Shown: piece after piece, positions 62,480 through 64,000 of the stretch
Numbering within the stretch: the first letter of the stretch is position 1
Layout: the number at the start of each line of letters is the position of its first letter
Source of the DNA: Paraspadella gotoi
Lineage: Eukaryota; Animalia; Chaetognatha
DNA: 64,000 nt
Assembly (NCBI GenBank): GCA_051294375.1
Contig: JBJCIZ010000239.1
Location: forward strand, 4,593,834-4,657,833
Direction: 5' to 3'
Made by a program: the position numbers and the translations under genes
Notes under the pieces: model-generated
What the model saw: the letters and a program-made list of their open reading frames with translations, nothing else
What the model was told of the DNA's origin: nothing
Database searches by the model: none

Positions 62480-63080
62480 AAGAGGAAGAGAGAAAATAAA
62501 AAAAAAATGAAAAGAAAAAAAAAAAGATAATGAAAAAGAAAAAAAGGAAGAAAAAGAAAAGAAATAAGAAAAAAAAAGGAAAGAAAAAAAGAAAGAAGAG
62601 AAAAAGAAAAAGAAAAGAAAAAAGAAAAGAAAAAAAAGAAAAATATAAATTAAAAGAAAAGAAAAAGAAAAGAAAAGAAAAAAAAGAAAAGAAAAGAAAA
62701 GAAAAGAAAAAAAATAAAAGAAAAGAAAAGAAAAGAAAAGAAAAGAGAAAAGAGAAAAAAAAGAAAAAAAAAAAAAAAAGAGGGAGGAAAAAAAGAAAAG
62801 AAAGAAAGAAAGTAAGAGAAAAGAAAAGAAAAAAAGAAATAAAAAAAAGAAAAGAATAAAAAGAAAAAAGGGAAAAGAAGAAAAAAAAAGAAAAGAAAAA
62901 GGAAAAGGGAAAAAGAAAAAAAAAAAAAAAAAGGTAAAACAAACAAAGAAAAGAAAAAAAAAAGAAAAAAAAAAAAGAAAAAAAAAAATAATATTTATAT
63001 ATAAAATTAAAATAAAAAAAAAAAGAGGAAAAGAAATAGAAAAAGAAAAGACCAAAAAAAAAGAAAAGAAAAAAAAAAAA
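62480..63080. repeat. (GAAAA)n poly-purine low-complexity tract
   Basis: Direct inspection; source of poly-K and poly-F pseudo-ORFs. Confidence 0.9.
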
Positions 63081-63274
63081 CGGAATATATAAATATAATA
63101 TAAGAAGAAGAGGAAGAAAGAGAAGAAAAATCTCTCATTTACGATCGCCAGATTCTTTTTCTCCGCCTCTTTCTCCGTTATTCGGCCCTTCCTCTATTTT
63201 TGAGAGCTGCGGAATTATATCCCCTCTCCTCTCCTCTCATCTCTCTTCTCTCTCTCTCTCCTCATCCTCTCTCT

Positions 63275-63311
<37 letters not shown>

Positions 63312-63477
63312 CCGACGCCCAGATTGAGAATCGGGCTTTACATTCAATTCCTTTTTAATTCCATTACCATCAGACAAAAATTAACGACAATAAGACAAAT
63401 GGATATCCGGCTTTCTCTCTCTCTTCTCTCTCTCTTCTCTTTCTCTCCTCTCTTTCCCTCACCTCCTCCCTTCTCTC

Positions 63478-63510
<33 letters not shown>

Positions 63511-64000
63511 TTTTTCTCTCTCTCTCTCTTCTCTATTTCTCTCTCTCTAGTATCCCTTCTTATAACTTAAACCTTAAGATGTTTAAATTTTTTGTTTTAG
63601 TTTGGTGAGACAGTACACAACCATTTATATTCAAAAAAGCGCTCGAACGACCATCTATTTCACGTGATATAAAAAAAAACCCCAAAAAGACAGTGAAAAC
63701 CAAAAAAATAAAAACAAAAAGTTGTCTATGCGCCAAAATAAAATACCCATCCAAGCAGAAACTTTCCCGATTAATTTGAATCATTTATTTTGGGGTTTTT
63801 TCTACTTCTCTTTTTTCTTCTTCTTTCTTTCTTTCCTTCTCTCTCTCTCACTCTCTTCTTTCCGTTCTCGCTCTTTCTCTCTCTCCTCTCCTCTCTCTCC
63901 TCCTCCTCTCTCTCTCTCTCTCTTCTTCTCTCTCTCTCTCTCTCTCTTCTCTCTCTTCTCTTTTTCCCACATTCTTAGCCATCATTTTCATTCATGGACA

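Noticed and set aside
47134-63978. Many 60-270 aa ORFs (poly-D/T/S/V/F/K, ERERER, LSLSLS, and ORFs running through N gaps)
   Set aside because: They are translations of microsatellites or gaps, open in several frames at once, with no domain content.

Overview
AT-rich invertebrate animal (metazoan) nuclear DNA from a gapped draft assembly, dense in (AG)n, (GAC)n, (AAT)n and (AATC)n microsatellites. Most of the supplied ORFs are low-complexity artefacts. Supported content: (1) a spliced minus-strand CHST15-like carbohydrate sulfotransferase gene (CDS 1760-8117); (2) about 10 different tRNA genes (14.7-22.7 kb) in indel-rich, apparently unpolished gap-fill sequence; (3) a spliced minus-strand EGF/3xLamG gene of the pikachurin (EGFLAM)/SP2353 type (CDS 26918-46640); (4) antisense inside its 8.6-kb intron, a 2'-5'-oligoadenylate-synthetase (OAS)-like gene ending in a polybasic + CaaX motif (KKLETKRKCQLL), reminiscent of prenylated human OAS1 p46; (5) beside it, a 4.2-kb TIR transposon with an exact 8-bp TSD carrying an unrecognised ~470-codon ORF rather than an obvious transposase; (6) several MITE/SINE families, including a MITE that makes up almost a whole intron and supplies its splice donor (Introner-like). 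All family assignments are by-eye motif recognition; no database searches were run.
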